Source: Eledone cirrhosa
Taxonomy: Eukaryota
Length of the DNA: 64,000 bases
Assembly: GCA_964016885.1 (NCBI GenBank)
Contig: OZ024742.1
Coordinates: 372,868,001-372,932,000, forward strand
Direction: 5' to 3'
Part shown: piece by piece, positions 1 to 14,800 of the stretch
Numbering within the stretch: the stretch's first letter is position 1
Layout: each line of letters starts with the position of its first letter
Position numbers and translations under genes: made by a program
Notes under the pieces: model-generated
What the model saw: the letters and a program-made list of their open reading frames with translations, nothing else
The model's database searches: none
Told to the model about the DNA's origin: nothing

Positions 1-1599
1 TCTCTTTCTATATAAACTGTAAATCTCATTCTATATAAACTGTAAATCTCATTCTATATAAACTGTAAATCTCATTCTATAAACTGTAAATCTCTTTCTA
101 TATAAACTGTAAATCTCATTCTATATAAGCTGTAAATCTCATTCTATTAACTGTAAATCTCATTCTATATAAACTGTAAATCTCATTCTATATAAACTGT
201 ATATATCATTCTATAAACTGTAAATCTCAGTCTATAAACTGTAAATCTCTTTCTATATAAACTGTAAATCTCTTTCTATATGAACTGTAAATCTCTTTCT
301 ATATAAACTGTAAATCTCATTCTATATAAGCTGTAAATCTCATTCTATGAACTGTAAATCTCTTTCTATATAAACTGTAAATCTCTTTCTATATAAACTG
401 TAAATTTCATTCTATAAACTGTAAATCTCTTTCTATATAAACTGTAAATCTCATTCTATATAAACTGTAAATCTCTTTCTATATAAACTGTAAATCTCAT
501 TCTATATAAACTGTAAATCTCATTCTATAAACTGTAAATCTCTTTCTATATAAACTGTAAATCTCATTCTATATAAGCTGTAAATCTCATTCTATTAACT
601 GTAAATCTCTTTCTATATAAACTGTAAATCTCATTCTATATAAACTCTATATATCATTCTATAAACTGTAAATCTCAGTCTATAAACTGTAAATCTCTTT
701 CTATATAAACTGTAAATCTTTTTCTATATGAACTGTAAATCTCTTTCTATATAAACTGTAAATCTCATTCTATGTAAGCTGTAAATCTCATTCTATGAAC
801 TGGAAATCTCTTTCTATATAAACTGTAAATCTCATTCTATGTAAACTGTAAATCTCATTCTATATAAACTGTAAATCTCTTTCTATATAAACTGTAAATC
901 TCATTCTATATAAACTGTAAATCTCTTTGTATATAAACTGTAAATCTCATTCTATATAAACTGTAAATCCCATTCTATAAACTGTAAATCCCTTTCTATA
1001 TAACCTGTAAATCTCTTTCTATAGAAACTGTAAATCTTATGCTATAAACGGTAAATCTCATTCTATATAAACTGTAAATCTCATTCTATATAAACTCTGA
1101 ATCTGATTCTATATAAACTGTAACTCTCATTTTATATAAACTGTGAATCTCATTCTATATAAACTGTATATCTCATTCTATATAAACTGTAAATCTCATT
1201 CGATAAACTGTAAATCTCTTTCTATATAAACTGTAAATCTCATTCTATATAAGCTGTAAATCTCATTCTATATAAACTGTAAATCTCATTCTATATAAAC
1301 TGTAAATCTCATTCTATATAAGCTGTAGATCTCATTCTATTAACTGTAAATCTCATTCTATATAAACTGTAAATCTCATTCTATATAAACTGTATATATC
1401 ATTCTATAAACTGTAAATCTCAGTCTATAAACTGTAAATCTCTTTCTATATAAACTGTAAAGCTCTTTCTATATGAACTTTAAATCTCTTTCTATATAAA
1501 CTGTAAATCTCATTCTATATAAGCTGTAAATCTCATTCTATGAACTGTAAATCTCTTTCTATATAAACTGTAAATCTCATTCTATATAAACTGTAAATC

Positions 1600-4500
1600 T
1601 CATTCTATAAACTGTAGATCTCTTTCTATATAAACTGTAAATCTCATTCTATATAAACTGTAAATCTCTTTCTATATAAACTGTAAATTTCATTCTATAA
1701 ACTGTAAATCTCTTTCAGTATAAACTGTAAATCTCATTCTATATAAACTGTAAATCTCTTTCTATATAAACTGTAAATCTCATTCTATATAAACTGTAAA
1801 TCTCATTCTATAAACTGTAAATCTCTTTCTATATAAACTGTAAATCTCATTCTATATAAGCTGTAAATCTCATTCTATTAACTGTAAATCTCTTTCTATA
1901 TAAACTGTAAATCTCATTCTATATAAACTGTAAATCTCTTTCTATATAAACTGTAAATCTCATTCTATATAAGCTGTAAATCTCATTCTATGAACTGTAA
2001 ATCTCTTTCTATATAAACTGTAAATCTCTTTCTATATAAACTGTAAATTTCATTCTATAAACTGTAAATCTCTTTCTATATAAACTGTAAATCTCATTCT
2101 ATATAAACTGTAAATCTCTTTCTATATAAACTGTAAATCTCATTCTATATAAACTGTAAATCTCATTCTATAAACTGTAAATCTCTTTCTATATAAACTG
2201 TAAATCTCATTCTATATAAGCTGTAAATCTCATTCTATTAACTGTAAATCTCTTTCTATATAAACTGTAAATCTCATTCTATATAAACTCTATATATCAT
2301 TCTATAAACTGTAAATCTCAGTCTGTAAACTGTAAATCTCTTTCTATATAAACTGTAAATCTCTTTCTATATGAACTGTAAATCTCTTTCTATATAAACT
2401 GTAAATCTCATTCTATGTAAGCTGTAAATCTCATTCTATGAACTGGAAATCTCTTTCTATATAAACTGTAAATCTCATTCTATGTAAACTGTAAATCTCA
2501 TTCTATATAAACTGTAAATCTCTTTCTATATAAACTGTAAATCTCATTCTATATAAACTGTAAATCTCTTTCTATATAAACTGTAAATCTCATTCTATAT
2601 AAACTGTAAATCCCATTCTATAAACTGTAAATCCCTTTCTATATAACCTGTAAATCTCTTTCTATAGAAACTGTAAATCTCATGCTATAAACGGTAAATC
2701 TCATTCTATATAAACTGTAAATCTCATTCTATATAAACTCTGAATCTGATTATATATAAACTGTAACTCTCATTTTATATAAACTGTGAATCTCATTCTA
2801 TATAAACTGTATATCTCATTCTATATAAACTGTAAATCTCATTCGATAAACTGTAAATCTCTTTTTATATAAAATGTAAATCTCATTCTATAAACTGTAA
2901 ATCTCTTTCTATATAAACTGTAAATCTCATTCTATATAAACTGTAAATCTCTTTCTATATAAACTCTGAATCTGATTCTATATAAACTGTAACTCTCATT
3001 TCATATAAACTGCGAATCTCATTCTATATAAACTGTATATCTCATTCTATATAAACTGTAAATCTCATTCGATAAACTGTAAATCTCTTTTTATATAAAC
3101 TGTAAATCTCATTCTATATAAACTGTAAATCTCATTCTATATAAAATGTAAATCTCATTCTATAAACTGTAAATCTCTTTCTATATAAACTGTAAATCTC
3201 ATTCTATATAAACTGTAAATCTCTTTCTATATAAACTGTAAATTTCATTCTATAAACTCTAAATCTCTTTCTATATAAACTGTAAATCTCATTCTATATA
3301 AACTGTAAATCTCTTTCTATATAAACTGTAAATCTCATTCTATATAAACTGAATCTCATTCTATATAAACTGTAAATCTCTTTCTATATAAACTGTAAAT
3401 CTCATTCTATATAAACTGTAAATCTCATTCTATAAACTGTAAATCTCTTTCTATATAAACTGTAAATCTCATTCTATATAAGCTGTAAATCTCATTCTAT
3501 TAACTGTAAATCTCATTCTATATAAACTGTAAATCTCATTCTATATAAACTGTATATATCATTCTATAAACTGTAGATCTCAGTCTATAAACTGTAAATC
3601 TCAGTCTATAAACTGTAAATCTCTTTCTATATATACTGTAAATCTCTTTCTATATAAACTGTAAATTTCATTCTATAAACTCTAAATCTCTTTCTATATA
3701 AACTGTAAATCTCATTCTATATAAACTGTAAATCTCTTTCTATATAAACTGTAAATCTCATTCTATATAAACTGTAAATCTCTTTCTATATAAACTGTAA
3801 ATCTCATTCTATATAAACTGTGAATCTCATTCTATATAAACTGTAAATCTCATTCTATAAACTGTAAATCTCTTTCTATATAAACTGTAAATCTCATTCT
3901 ATATAAACTGTAAATCTCATTCTATATAAGCTGTAAATCTTATTCTATTAACTGTAAATCTCATTCTATATAAACTGTAAATCTCATTCTATATAAACTG
4001 TATATATCATTCTATAAACTGTAAATCTCAGTCTATAAACTGTAAATCTCTTTCTATATAAACTGTAAATCTCTTTCTATATGAACTGTAAATCTCTTTC
4101 TATATAAACTGTAAATCTCATTCTATATAACCTGTAAATCTCATTCTATGAACTGTAAATCTCTTTCTATATAAACTGTAAATCTCATTCTATATAAACT
4201 GTAAATCTCATTCTATAAACTGTAGATCTCTTTCTATATAAACTGTAAATCTCATTCTATATAAACTGTAAATCTCTTTCTATATAAACTGTAAATTTCA
4301 TTCTATAAACTGTAAATCTCTTTCTATATAAACTGTAAATCTCATTCTATATAAACTGTAAATCTCTTTCTATATAAACTGTAAATCTCATTCTATATAA
4401 ACTGTAAATCTCATTCTATAAACTGTAAATCTCTTTCTATATAAACTGTAAATCTCATTCTATATAAGCTGTAAATCTCATTCTATTAACTGTAAATCTC

Positions 4501-7500
4501 TTTCTATATAAACTGTAAATCTCATTCTATATAAACTCTATATATCATTCTATAAACTGTAAATCTCAGTCTATAAACTGTAAATCTCTTTCTATATAAA
4601 CTGTAAATCTCTTTCTATATGAACTGTAAATCTCTTTCTATATAAACTGTAAATCTCATTCTATGTAAGCTGTAAATCTCATTCTATGAACTGTAAATCT
4701 CTTTCTATATAAACTGTAAATCTCATTCTATGTAAACTGTAAATCTCATTCTATATAAACTGTAAATCTCTTTCTATATAAACTGTAAATCTCATTCTAT
4801 ATAAACTGTAAATCTCTTTCTATATAAACTGTAAATCTCATTCTATATAAACTGTAAATCCCATTCTATAAACTGTAAATCCCTTTCTATATAACCTGTA
4901 AATCTCTTTCTATAGAAACTGTAAATCTCATGCTATAAACGGTAAATCTCATTCTATATAAACTGTAAATCTCATTCTATATAAACTCTGAATCTGATTC
5001 TATATAAACTGTAACTCTCATTTTATATAAACTGTGAATCTCATTCTATATAAACTGTATATCTCATTCTATATAAACTGTAAATCTCATTCGATAAACT
5101 GTAAATCTCTTTTTATATAAACTGTAAATCTCATTCTATATAAACTGTAAATCTCATTCTATATAAAATGTAAATCTCATTCTATAAACTGTAAATCTCT
5201 TTCTATATAAACTGTAAATCTCATTCTATATAAACTGTAAATCTCTTTCTATATAAACTGTAAATTTCATTCTATAAACTCTAAATCTCTTTCTATATAA
5301 ACTGTAAATCTCATTCTATATAAACTGTAAATCTCTTTCTATATAAACTGTAAATCTCATTCTATATAAACTGAATCTCATTCTATATAAACTGTAAATC
5401 TCTTTCTATATAAACTGTAAATCTCATTCTATATAAACTGTAAATCTCATTCTATATAAACTGTAAATCTCATTCTATAAACTGTAAATCTCTTTCTATA
5501 TAAACTGTAAATCTCATTCTATATAAGCTGTAAATCTCATTCTATTAACTGTAAATCTCATTCTATATAAACTGTAAATCTCATTCTATATAAACTGTAT
5601 ATATCATTCTATAAACTGTAGATCTCTTTCTATATAAACTGTAAATCTCATTCTATATAAACTGTAAATCTCTTTCTATATAAACTGTAAATTTCATTCT
5701 ATAAACTGTAAATCTCTTTCAGTATAAACTGTAAATCTCATTCTATATAAACTGTAAATCTCTTTCTATATAAACTGTAAATCTCATTCTATATAAACTG
5801 TAAATCTCATTCTATAAACTGTAAATCTCTTTCTATATAAACTGTAAATCTCATTCTATATAAGCTGTAAATCTCATTCTATTAACTGTAAATCTCTTTC
5901 TATATAAACTGTAAATCTCATTCTATATAAACTCTATATATCATTCTATAAACTGTAAATCTCAGTCTGTAAACTGTAAATCTCTTTCTATATAAACTGT
6001 AAATCTCTTTCTATATGAACTGTAAATCTCTTTCTATATAAACTGTAAATCTCATTCTATGTAAGCTGTAAATCTCATTCTATGAACTGGAAATCTCTTT
6101 CTATATAAACTGTAAATCTCATTCTATGTAAACTGTAAATCTCATTCTATATAAACTGTAAATCTCTTTCTATATAAACTGTAAATCTCATTCTATATAA
6201 ACTGTAAATCTCTTTCTATATAAACTGTAAATCTCATTCTATATAAACTGTAAATCCCATTCTATAAACTGTAAATCCCTTTCTATATAACCTGTAAATC
6301 TCTTTCTATAGAAACTGTAAATCTCATGCTATAAACGGTAAATCTCATTCTATATAAACTGTAAATCTCATTCTATATAAACTCTGAATCTGATTATATA
6401 TAAACTGTAACTCTCATTTTATATAAACTGTGAATCTCATTCTATATAAACTGTATATCTCATTCTATATAAACTGTAAATCTCATTCGATAAACTGTAA
6501 ATCTCTTTTTATATAAAATGTAAATCTCATTCTATAAACTGTAAATCTCTTTCTATATAAACTGTAAATCTCATTCTATATAAACTGTAAATCTCTTTCT
6601 ATATAAACTGTAAATCTCATGCTATAAACTGAAAATCTCATTCTATATAAACTGTAAATCTCTTTCTATATAAACTCTGAATCTGATTCTATATAAACTG
6701 TAACTCTCATTTCATATAAACTGCGAATCTCATTCTATATAAACTGTATATCTCATTCTATATAAACTGTAAATCTCATTCGATAAACTGTAAATCTCTT
6801 TTTATATAAACTGTAAATCTCATTCTATATAAACTGTAAATCTCATTCTATATAAAATGTAAATCTCATTCTATAAACTGTAAATCTCTTTCTATATAAA
6901 CTGTAAATCTCATTCTATATAAACTGTAAATCTCTTTCTATATAAACTGTAAATTTCATTCTATAAACTCTAAATCTCTTTCTATATAAACTGTAAATCT
7001 CATTCTATATAAACTGTAAATCTCTTTCTATATAAACTGTAAATCTCATTCTATATAAACTGAATCTCATTCTATATAAACTGTAAATCTCTTTCTATAT
7101 AAACTGTAAATCTCATTCTATATAAACTGTAAATCTCATTCTATATAAACTGTAAATCTCATTCTATAAACTGTAAATCTCTTTCTATATAAACTGTAAA
7201 TCTCATTCTATATAAGCTGTAAATCTCATTCTATTAACTGTAAATCTCATTCTATATAAACTGTATATATCATTCTATAAACTGTAGATCTCAGTCTATA
7301 AACTGTAAATCTCAGTCTATAAACTGTAAATCTCTTTCTATATAAACTGTAAATCTCTTTCTATATAAACTGTAAATTTCATTCTATAAACTCTAACTCT
7401 CTTTCTATATAAACTGTAAATCTCATTCTATATAAACTGTAAATCTCTTTCTATATAAACTGTAAATCTCATTCTATATAAACTGTAAATCTCTTTCTAT

Positions 7501-8810
7501 ATAAACTGTAAATCTCATTCTATATAAACTGTGAATCTCATTCTATATAAACTGTAAATCTCATTCTATAAACTGTAAATCTCTTTCTATATAAACTGTA
7601 AATCTCATTCTATATAAACTGTAAATCTCATTCTATATAAGCTGTAAATCTTATTCTATTAACTGTAAATCTCATTCTATATAAACTGTAAATCTCATTC
7701 TATATAAACTGTATATATCATTCTATAAACTGTAAATCTCAGTCTATAAACTGTAAATCTCTTTCTATATAAACTGTAAATCTCTTTCTATATGAACTGT
7801 AAATCTCTTTCTATATAAACTGTAAATCTCATTCTATATAAGCTGTAAATCTCATTCTATGAACTGTAAATCTCTTTCTATATAAACTGTAAATCTCATT
7901 CTATATAAACTGTAAATCTCATTCTATAAACTGTAGATCTCTTTCTATATAAACTGTAAATCTCATTCTATATAAACTGTAAATCTCTTTCTATATAAAC
8001 TGTAAATTTCATTCTATAAACTGTAAATCTCTTTCTATATAAACTGTAAATCTCATTCTATATAAACTGTAAATCTCTTTCTATATAAACTGTAAATCTC
8101 ATTCTATATAAACTGTAAATCTCATTCTATAAACTGTAAATCTCTTTCTATATAAACTGTAAATCTCATTCTATATAAGCTGTAAATCTCATTCTATTAA
8201 CTGTAAATCTCTTTCTATATAAACTGTAAATCTCATTCTATATAAACTCTATATATCATTCTATAAACTGTAAATCTCAGTCTATAAACTGTAAATCTCT
8301 TTCTATATAAACTGTAAATCTCTTTCTATATGAACTGTAAATCTCTTTCTATATAAACTGTAAATCTCATTCTATGTAAGCTGTAAATCTCATTCTATGA
8401 ACTGGAAATCTCTTTCTATATAAACTGTAAATCTCATTCTATGTAAACTGTAAATCTCATTCTATATAAACTGTAAATCTCTTTCTATATAAACTGTAAA
8501 TCTCATTCTATATAAACTGTAAATCTCTTTCTATATAAACTGTAAATCTCATTCTATATAAACTGTAAATCCCATTCTATAAACTGTAAATCCCTTTCTA
8601 TATAACCTGTAAATCTCTTTCTATAGAAACTGTAAATCTCATGCTATAAACGGTAAATCTCATTCTATATAAACTGTAAATCTCATTCTATATAAACTCT
8701 GAATCTGATTCTATATAAACTGTAACTCTCATTTTATATAAACTGTGAATCTCATTCTATATAAACTGTATATCTCATTCTATATAAACTGTAAATCTCA
8801 TTCGATAAAC
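1600..8810. repeat. About 3.7-kb tandem duplication (2 copies) within the satellite
   Basis: Rare variants recur: gtctgtaaac 2321/5965 and aaacggt 2692/6336 (offset 3644); tgcgaat 3011/6722, ttattctatt 3940/7651 and aaacggt 4940/8651 (offset 3711); ttcagtata 1716/5720 (offset 4004). Confidence 0.85.
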
Positions 8811-11800
8811 TGTAAATCTCTTTTTATATAAAATGTAAATCTCATTCTATAAACTGTAAATCTCTTTCTATATAAACTGTAAATCTCATTCTATATAAAC
8901 TGTAAATCTCTTTCTATATAAACTGTAAATCTCATGCTATAAACTGAAAATCTCATTCTATATAAACTGTAAATCTCTTTCTATATAAACTCTGAATCTG
9001 ATTCTATATAAACTGTAACTCTCATTTCATATAAACTGCGAATCTCATTCTATATAAACTGTATATCTCATTCTATATAAACTGTAAATCTCATTCGATA
9101 AACTGTAAATCTCTTTTTATATAAACTGTAAATCTCATTCTATATAAACTGTAAATCTCATTCTATATAAAATGTAAATCTCATTCTATAAACTGTAAAT
9201 CTCTTTCTATATAAACTGTAAATCTCATTCTATATAAACTGTAAATCTCTTTCTATATAAACTGTAAATTTCATTCTATAAACTCTAAATCTCTTTCTAT
9301 ATAAACTGTAAATCTCATTCTATATAAACTGTAAATCTCTTTCTATATAAACTGTAAATCTCATTCTATATAAACTGAATCTCATTCTATATAAACTGTA
9401 AATCTCTTTCTATATAAACTGTAAATCTCATTCTATATAAACTGTAAATCTCATTCTATAAACTGTAAATCTCTTTCTATATAAACTGTAAATCTCATTC
9501 TATATAAGCTGTAAATCTCATTCTATTAACTGTAAATCTCATTCTATATAAACTGTAAATCTCATTCTATATAAACTGTATATATCATTCTATAAACTGT
9601 AAATCTCAGTCTATAAACTGTAAATCTCAGTCTATAAACTGTAAATCTCTTTCTATATATACTGTAAAACTCTTTCTATATAAACTATAAATTTCATTCT
9701 ATAAACTCTAAATCTCTTTCTATATAAACTGTAATTCTCATTCTATATAAACTGTAAATCTCTTTCTATATAAACTGTAAATCTCATTCTATATAAACTG
9801 TAAATCTCTTTCAATATAAACTGTAAATCTCATTCTATATAAACTGTGAATCTCATTCTATATAAACTGTAAATCTCATTCTATAAACTGTAAATCTCTT
9901 TCTATATAAACTGTAAATCTCATTCTATATAAGCTGTAAATCTCATTCTATTAACTATAAATCTCTTTCTATATAAACTGTAAATCTCATTCTATATAAA
10001 CTGTATATATCATTCTATAAAGTGTAAATCTCAGTCTATAAACTGTAAATCTCTTTCTATATAAACTGTAAATCTCTTTCTATATGAACTGTAATTCTCT
10101 TTCTATATAAACTGTAAATTTCATTCTATAAACTCTAAATCTCTTTCTATATAAACTGTAAATCTCATTCTATATAAACTGTAAATCTCTTTCTATATAA
10201 ACTGTAAATCTCATTCTATATAAACTGTAAATCTCTTTCTATATAAACTGTAAATCTCATTCTATATAAACTGTGAATCTCATTCTATATAAACTGTAAA
10301 TCTCATTCTATAAACTGTAAATCTCTTTCTATATAAACTGTAAATCTCATTCTATATAAGCTGTAAATCTCATTCTATGAACTGTAAATCTCTTTCTATA
10401 TAAACTGTAAATCTCATTCTACATAAACTGTAAATCTCATTCTATAAACTGTAAATCTCATTCTATATAAACTGTAAATCTCATTCTATATAAACTGTAA
10501 ATCTCTTTCTATATAAACTGTAAATTTCATTCTATAAACTGTAAATCTCTTTCTATATAAACTGTAAACCTCATTCTATATAAACTGTAAACCTCAATCT
10601 ATATAAACTGTAAATCTCATTCTATAAACTGTAAATCTCTTTCTATATAAACTGTAAATCTCTTTCTATATGAACTGTAAATCTCTTTCTATATAAACTG
10701 TAAATCTCATTCTATATAAGCTGTAAATCTCATTCTATGAACTGTAAATCTCTTTCTATATAAACTGTAAATCTCATTCTATATAAACTGTAAATCTCAT
10801 TCTATAAACTGTAGATCTCTTTCTATATAAACTGTAAATCTCATTCTATATAAACTGTAAATCTCTTTCTATATAAACTGTAAATTTCATTCTATAAACT
10901 GTAAATCTCTTTCTATATAAACTGTAAATCTCATTCTATATAAACTGTAAATCTCTTTCTATATAAACTGTAAATCTCATTCTATATAAACTGTAAATCT
11001 CATTCTATAAACTGTAAATCTCTTTCTATATAAACTGTAAATCTCATTCTATATAAGCTGTAAATCTCATTCTATTAACTGTAAATCTCTTTCTATATAA
11101 ACTGTAAATCTCATTCTATATAAACTCTATATATCATTCTATAAACTGTAAATCTCAGTCTATAAACTGTAAATCTCTTTCTATATAAACTGTAAATCTC
11201 TTTCTATATGAACTGTAAATCTCTTTCTATATAAACTGTAAATCTCATTCTATGTAAGCTGTAAATCTCATTCTATGAACTGGAAATCTCTTTCTATATA
11301 AACTGTAAATCTCATTCTATGTAAACTGTAAATCTCATTCTATATAAACTGTAAATCTCTTTCTATATAAACTGTAAATCTCATTCTATATAAACTGTAA
11401 ATCTCTTTCTATATAAACTGTAAATCTCATTCTATATAAACTGTAAATCCCATTCTATAAACTGTAAATCCCTTTCTATATAACCTGTAAATCTCTTTCT
11501 ATAGAAACTGTAAATCTCATGCTATAAACGGTAAATCTCATTCTATATAAACTGTAAATCTCATTCTATATAAACTCTGAATCTGATTCTATATAAACTG
11601 TAACTCTCATTTTATATAAACTGTGAATCTCATTCTATATAAACTGTATATCTCATTCTATATAAACTGTAAATCTCATTCGATAAACTGTAAATCTCTT
11701 TTTATATAAAATGTAAATCTCATTCTATAAACTGTAAATCTCTTTCTATATAAACTGTAAATCTCATTCTATATAAACTGTAAATCTCTTTCTATATAAA

Positions 11801-14800
11801 CTGTAAATCTCATGCTATAAACTGAAAATCTCATTCTATATAAACTGTAAATCTCTTTCTATATAAACTCTGAATCTGATTCTATATAAACTGTAACTCT
11901 CATTTCATATAAACTGCGAATCTCATTCTATATAAACTGTATATCTCATTCTATATAAACTGTAAATCTCATTCGATAAACTGTAAATCTCTTTTTATAT
12001 AAACTGTAAATCTCATTCTATATAAACTGTAAATCTCATTCTATATAAAATGTAAATCTCATTCTATAAACTGTAAATCTCTTTCTATATAAACTGTAAA
12101 TCTCATTCTATATAAACTGTAAATCTCTTTCTATATAAACTGTAAATTTCATTCTATAAACTCTAAATCTCTTTCTATATAAACTGTAAATCTCATTCTA
12201 TATAAACTGTAAATCTCTTTCTATATAAACTGTAAATCTCATTCTATATAAACTGAATCTCATTCTATATAAACTGTAAATCTCTTTCTATATAAACTGT
12301 AAATCTCATTCTATATAAACTGTAAATCTCATTCTATAAACTGTAAATCTCATTCTATATAAACTGTAAATCTCATTCTATATAAACTGTAAATCTCATT
12401 CTATAAACTGTAAATCTCTTTCTATATAAACTGTAAATCTCATTCTATATAAACTGTAAATCTCATTCTATATAAACTGTATATATCATTCTATAAACTG
12501 TAAATCTCAGTCTATAAACTGTAAATCTCAGTCTATAAACTGTAAATCTCTTTCTATATATACTGTAAAACTCTTTCTATATAAACTATAAATTTCATTC
12601 TATAAACTCTAAATCTCTTTCTATATAAACTGTAATTCTCATTCTATATAAACTGTAAATCTCTTTCTATATAAACTGTAAATCTCATTCTATATAAACT
12701 GTAAATCTCTTTCAATATAAACTGTAAATCTCATTCTATATAAACTGTGAATCTCATTCTATATAAACTGTAAATCTCATTCTATAAACTGTAAATCTCT
12801 TTCTATATAAACTGTAAATCTCATTCTATATAAGCTGTAAATCTCATTCTATTAACTATAAATCTCTTTCTATATAAACTGTAAATCTCATTCTATATAA
12901 ACTGTATATATCATTCTATAAAGTGTAAATCTCAGTCTATAAACTGTAAATCTCTTTCTATATAAACTGTAAATCTCTTTCTATATGAACTGTAATTCTC
13001 TTTCTATATAAACTGTAAATTTCATTCTATAAACTCTAAATCTCTTTCTATATAAACTGTAAATCTCATTCTATATAAACTGTAAATCTCTTTCTATATA
13101 AACTGTAAATCTCATTCTATATAAACTGTAAATCTCTTTCTATATAAACTGTAAATCTCATTCTATATAAACTGTGAATCTCATTCTATATAAACTGTAA
13201 ATCTCATTCTATAAACTGTAAATCTCTTTCTATATAAACTGTAAATCTCATTCTATATAAGCTGTAAATCTCATTCTATGAACTGTAAATCTCTTTCTAT
13301 ATAAACTGTAAATCTCATTCTACATAAACTGTAAATCTCATTCTATAAACTGTAAATCTCATTCTATATAAACTGTAAATCTCATTCTATATAAACTGTA
13401 AATCTCTTTCTATATAAACTGTAAATTTCATTCTATAAACTGTAAATCTCTTTCTATATAAACTGTAAACCTCATTCTATATAAACTGTAAACCTCATTC
13501 TATATAAACTGTAAATCTCATTCTATAAACTGTAAATCTCTTTCTATATAAACTGTAAATCTCTTTCTATATGAACTGTAAATCTCTTTCTATATAAACT
13601 GTAAATCTCATTCTATATAAGCTGTAAATCTCATTCTATGAACTGTAAATCTCTTTCTATATAAACTGTAAATCTCATTCTATATAAACTGTAAATCTCA
13701 TTCTATAAACTGTAGATCTCTTTCTATATAAACTGTAAATCTCATTCTATATAAACTGTAAATCTCTTTCTATATAAACTGTAAATTTCATTCTATAAAC
13801 TGTAAATCTCTTTCTATATAAACTGTAAATCTCATTCTATATAAACTGTAAATCTCTTTCTATATAAACTGTAAATCTCATTCTATATAAACTGTAAATC
13901 TCATTCTATAAACTGTAAATCTCTTTCTATATAAACTGTAAATCTCATTCTATATAAGCTGTAAATCTCATTCTATTAACTGTAAATCTCTTTCTATATA
14001 AACTGTAAATCTCATTCTATATAAACTCTATATATCATTCTATAAACTGTAAATCTCAGTCTATAAACTGTAAATCTCTTTCTATATAAACTGTAAATCT
14101 CTTTCTATATGAACTGTAAATCTCTTTCTATATAAACTGTAAATCTCATTCTATGTAAGCTGTAAATCTCATTCTATGAACTGGAAATCTCTTTCTATAT
14201 AAACTGTAAATCTCATTCTATGTAAACTGTAAATCTCATTCTATATAAACTGTAAATCTCTTTCTATATAAACTGTAAATCTCATTCTATATAAACTGTA
14301 AATCTCTTTCTATATAAACTGTAAATCTCATTCTATATAAACTGTAAATCCCATTCTATAAACTGTAAATCCCTTTCTATATAACCTGTAAATCTCTTTC
14401 TATAGAAACTGTAAATCTCATGCTATAAACGGTAAATCTCATTCTATATAAACTGTAAATCTCATTCTATATAAACTCTGAATCTGATTCTATATAAACT
14501 GTAACTCTCATTTTATATAAACTGTGAATCTCATTCTATATAAACTGTATATCTCATTCTATATAAACTGTAAATCTCATTCGATAAACTGTAAATCTCT
14601 TTTTATATAAAATGTAAATCTCATTCTATAAACTGTAAATCTCTTTCTATATAAACTGTAAATCTCATTCTATATAAACTGTAAATCTCTTTCTATATAA
14701 ACTGTAAATCTCATGCTATAAACTGAAAATCTCATTCTATATAAACTGTAAATCTCTTTCTATATAAACTCTGAATCTGATTCTATATAAACTGTAACTC

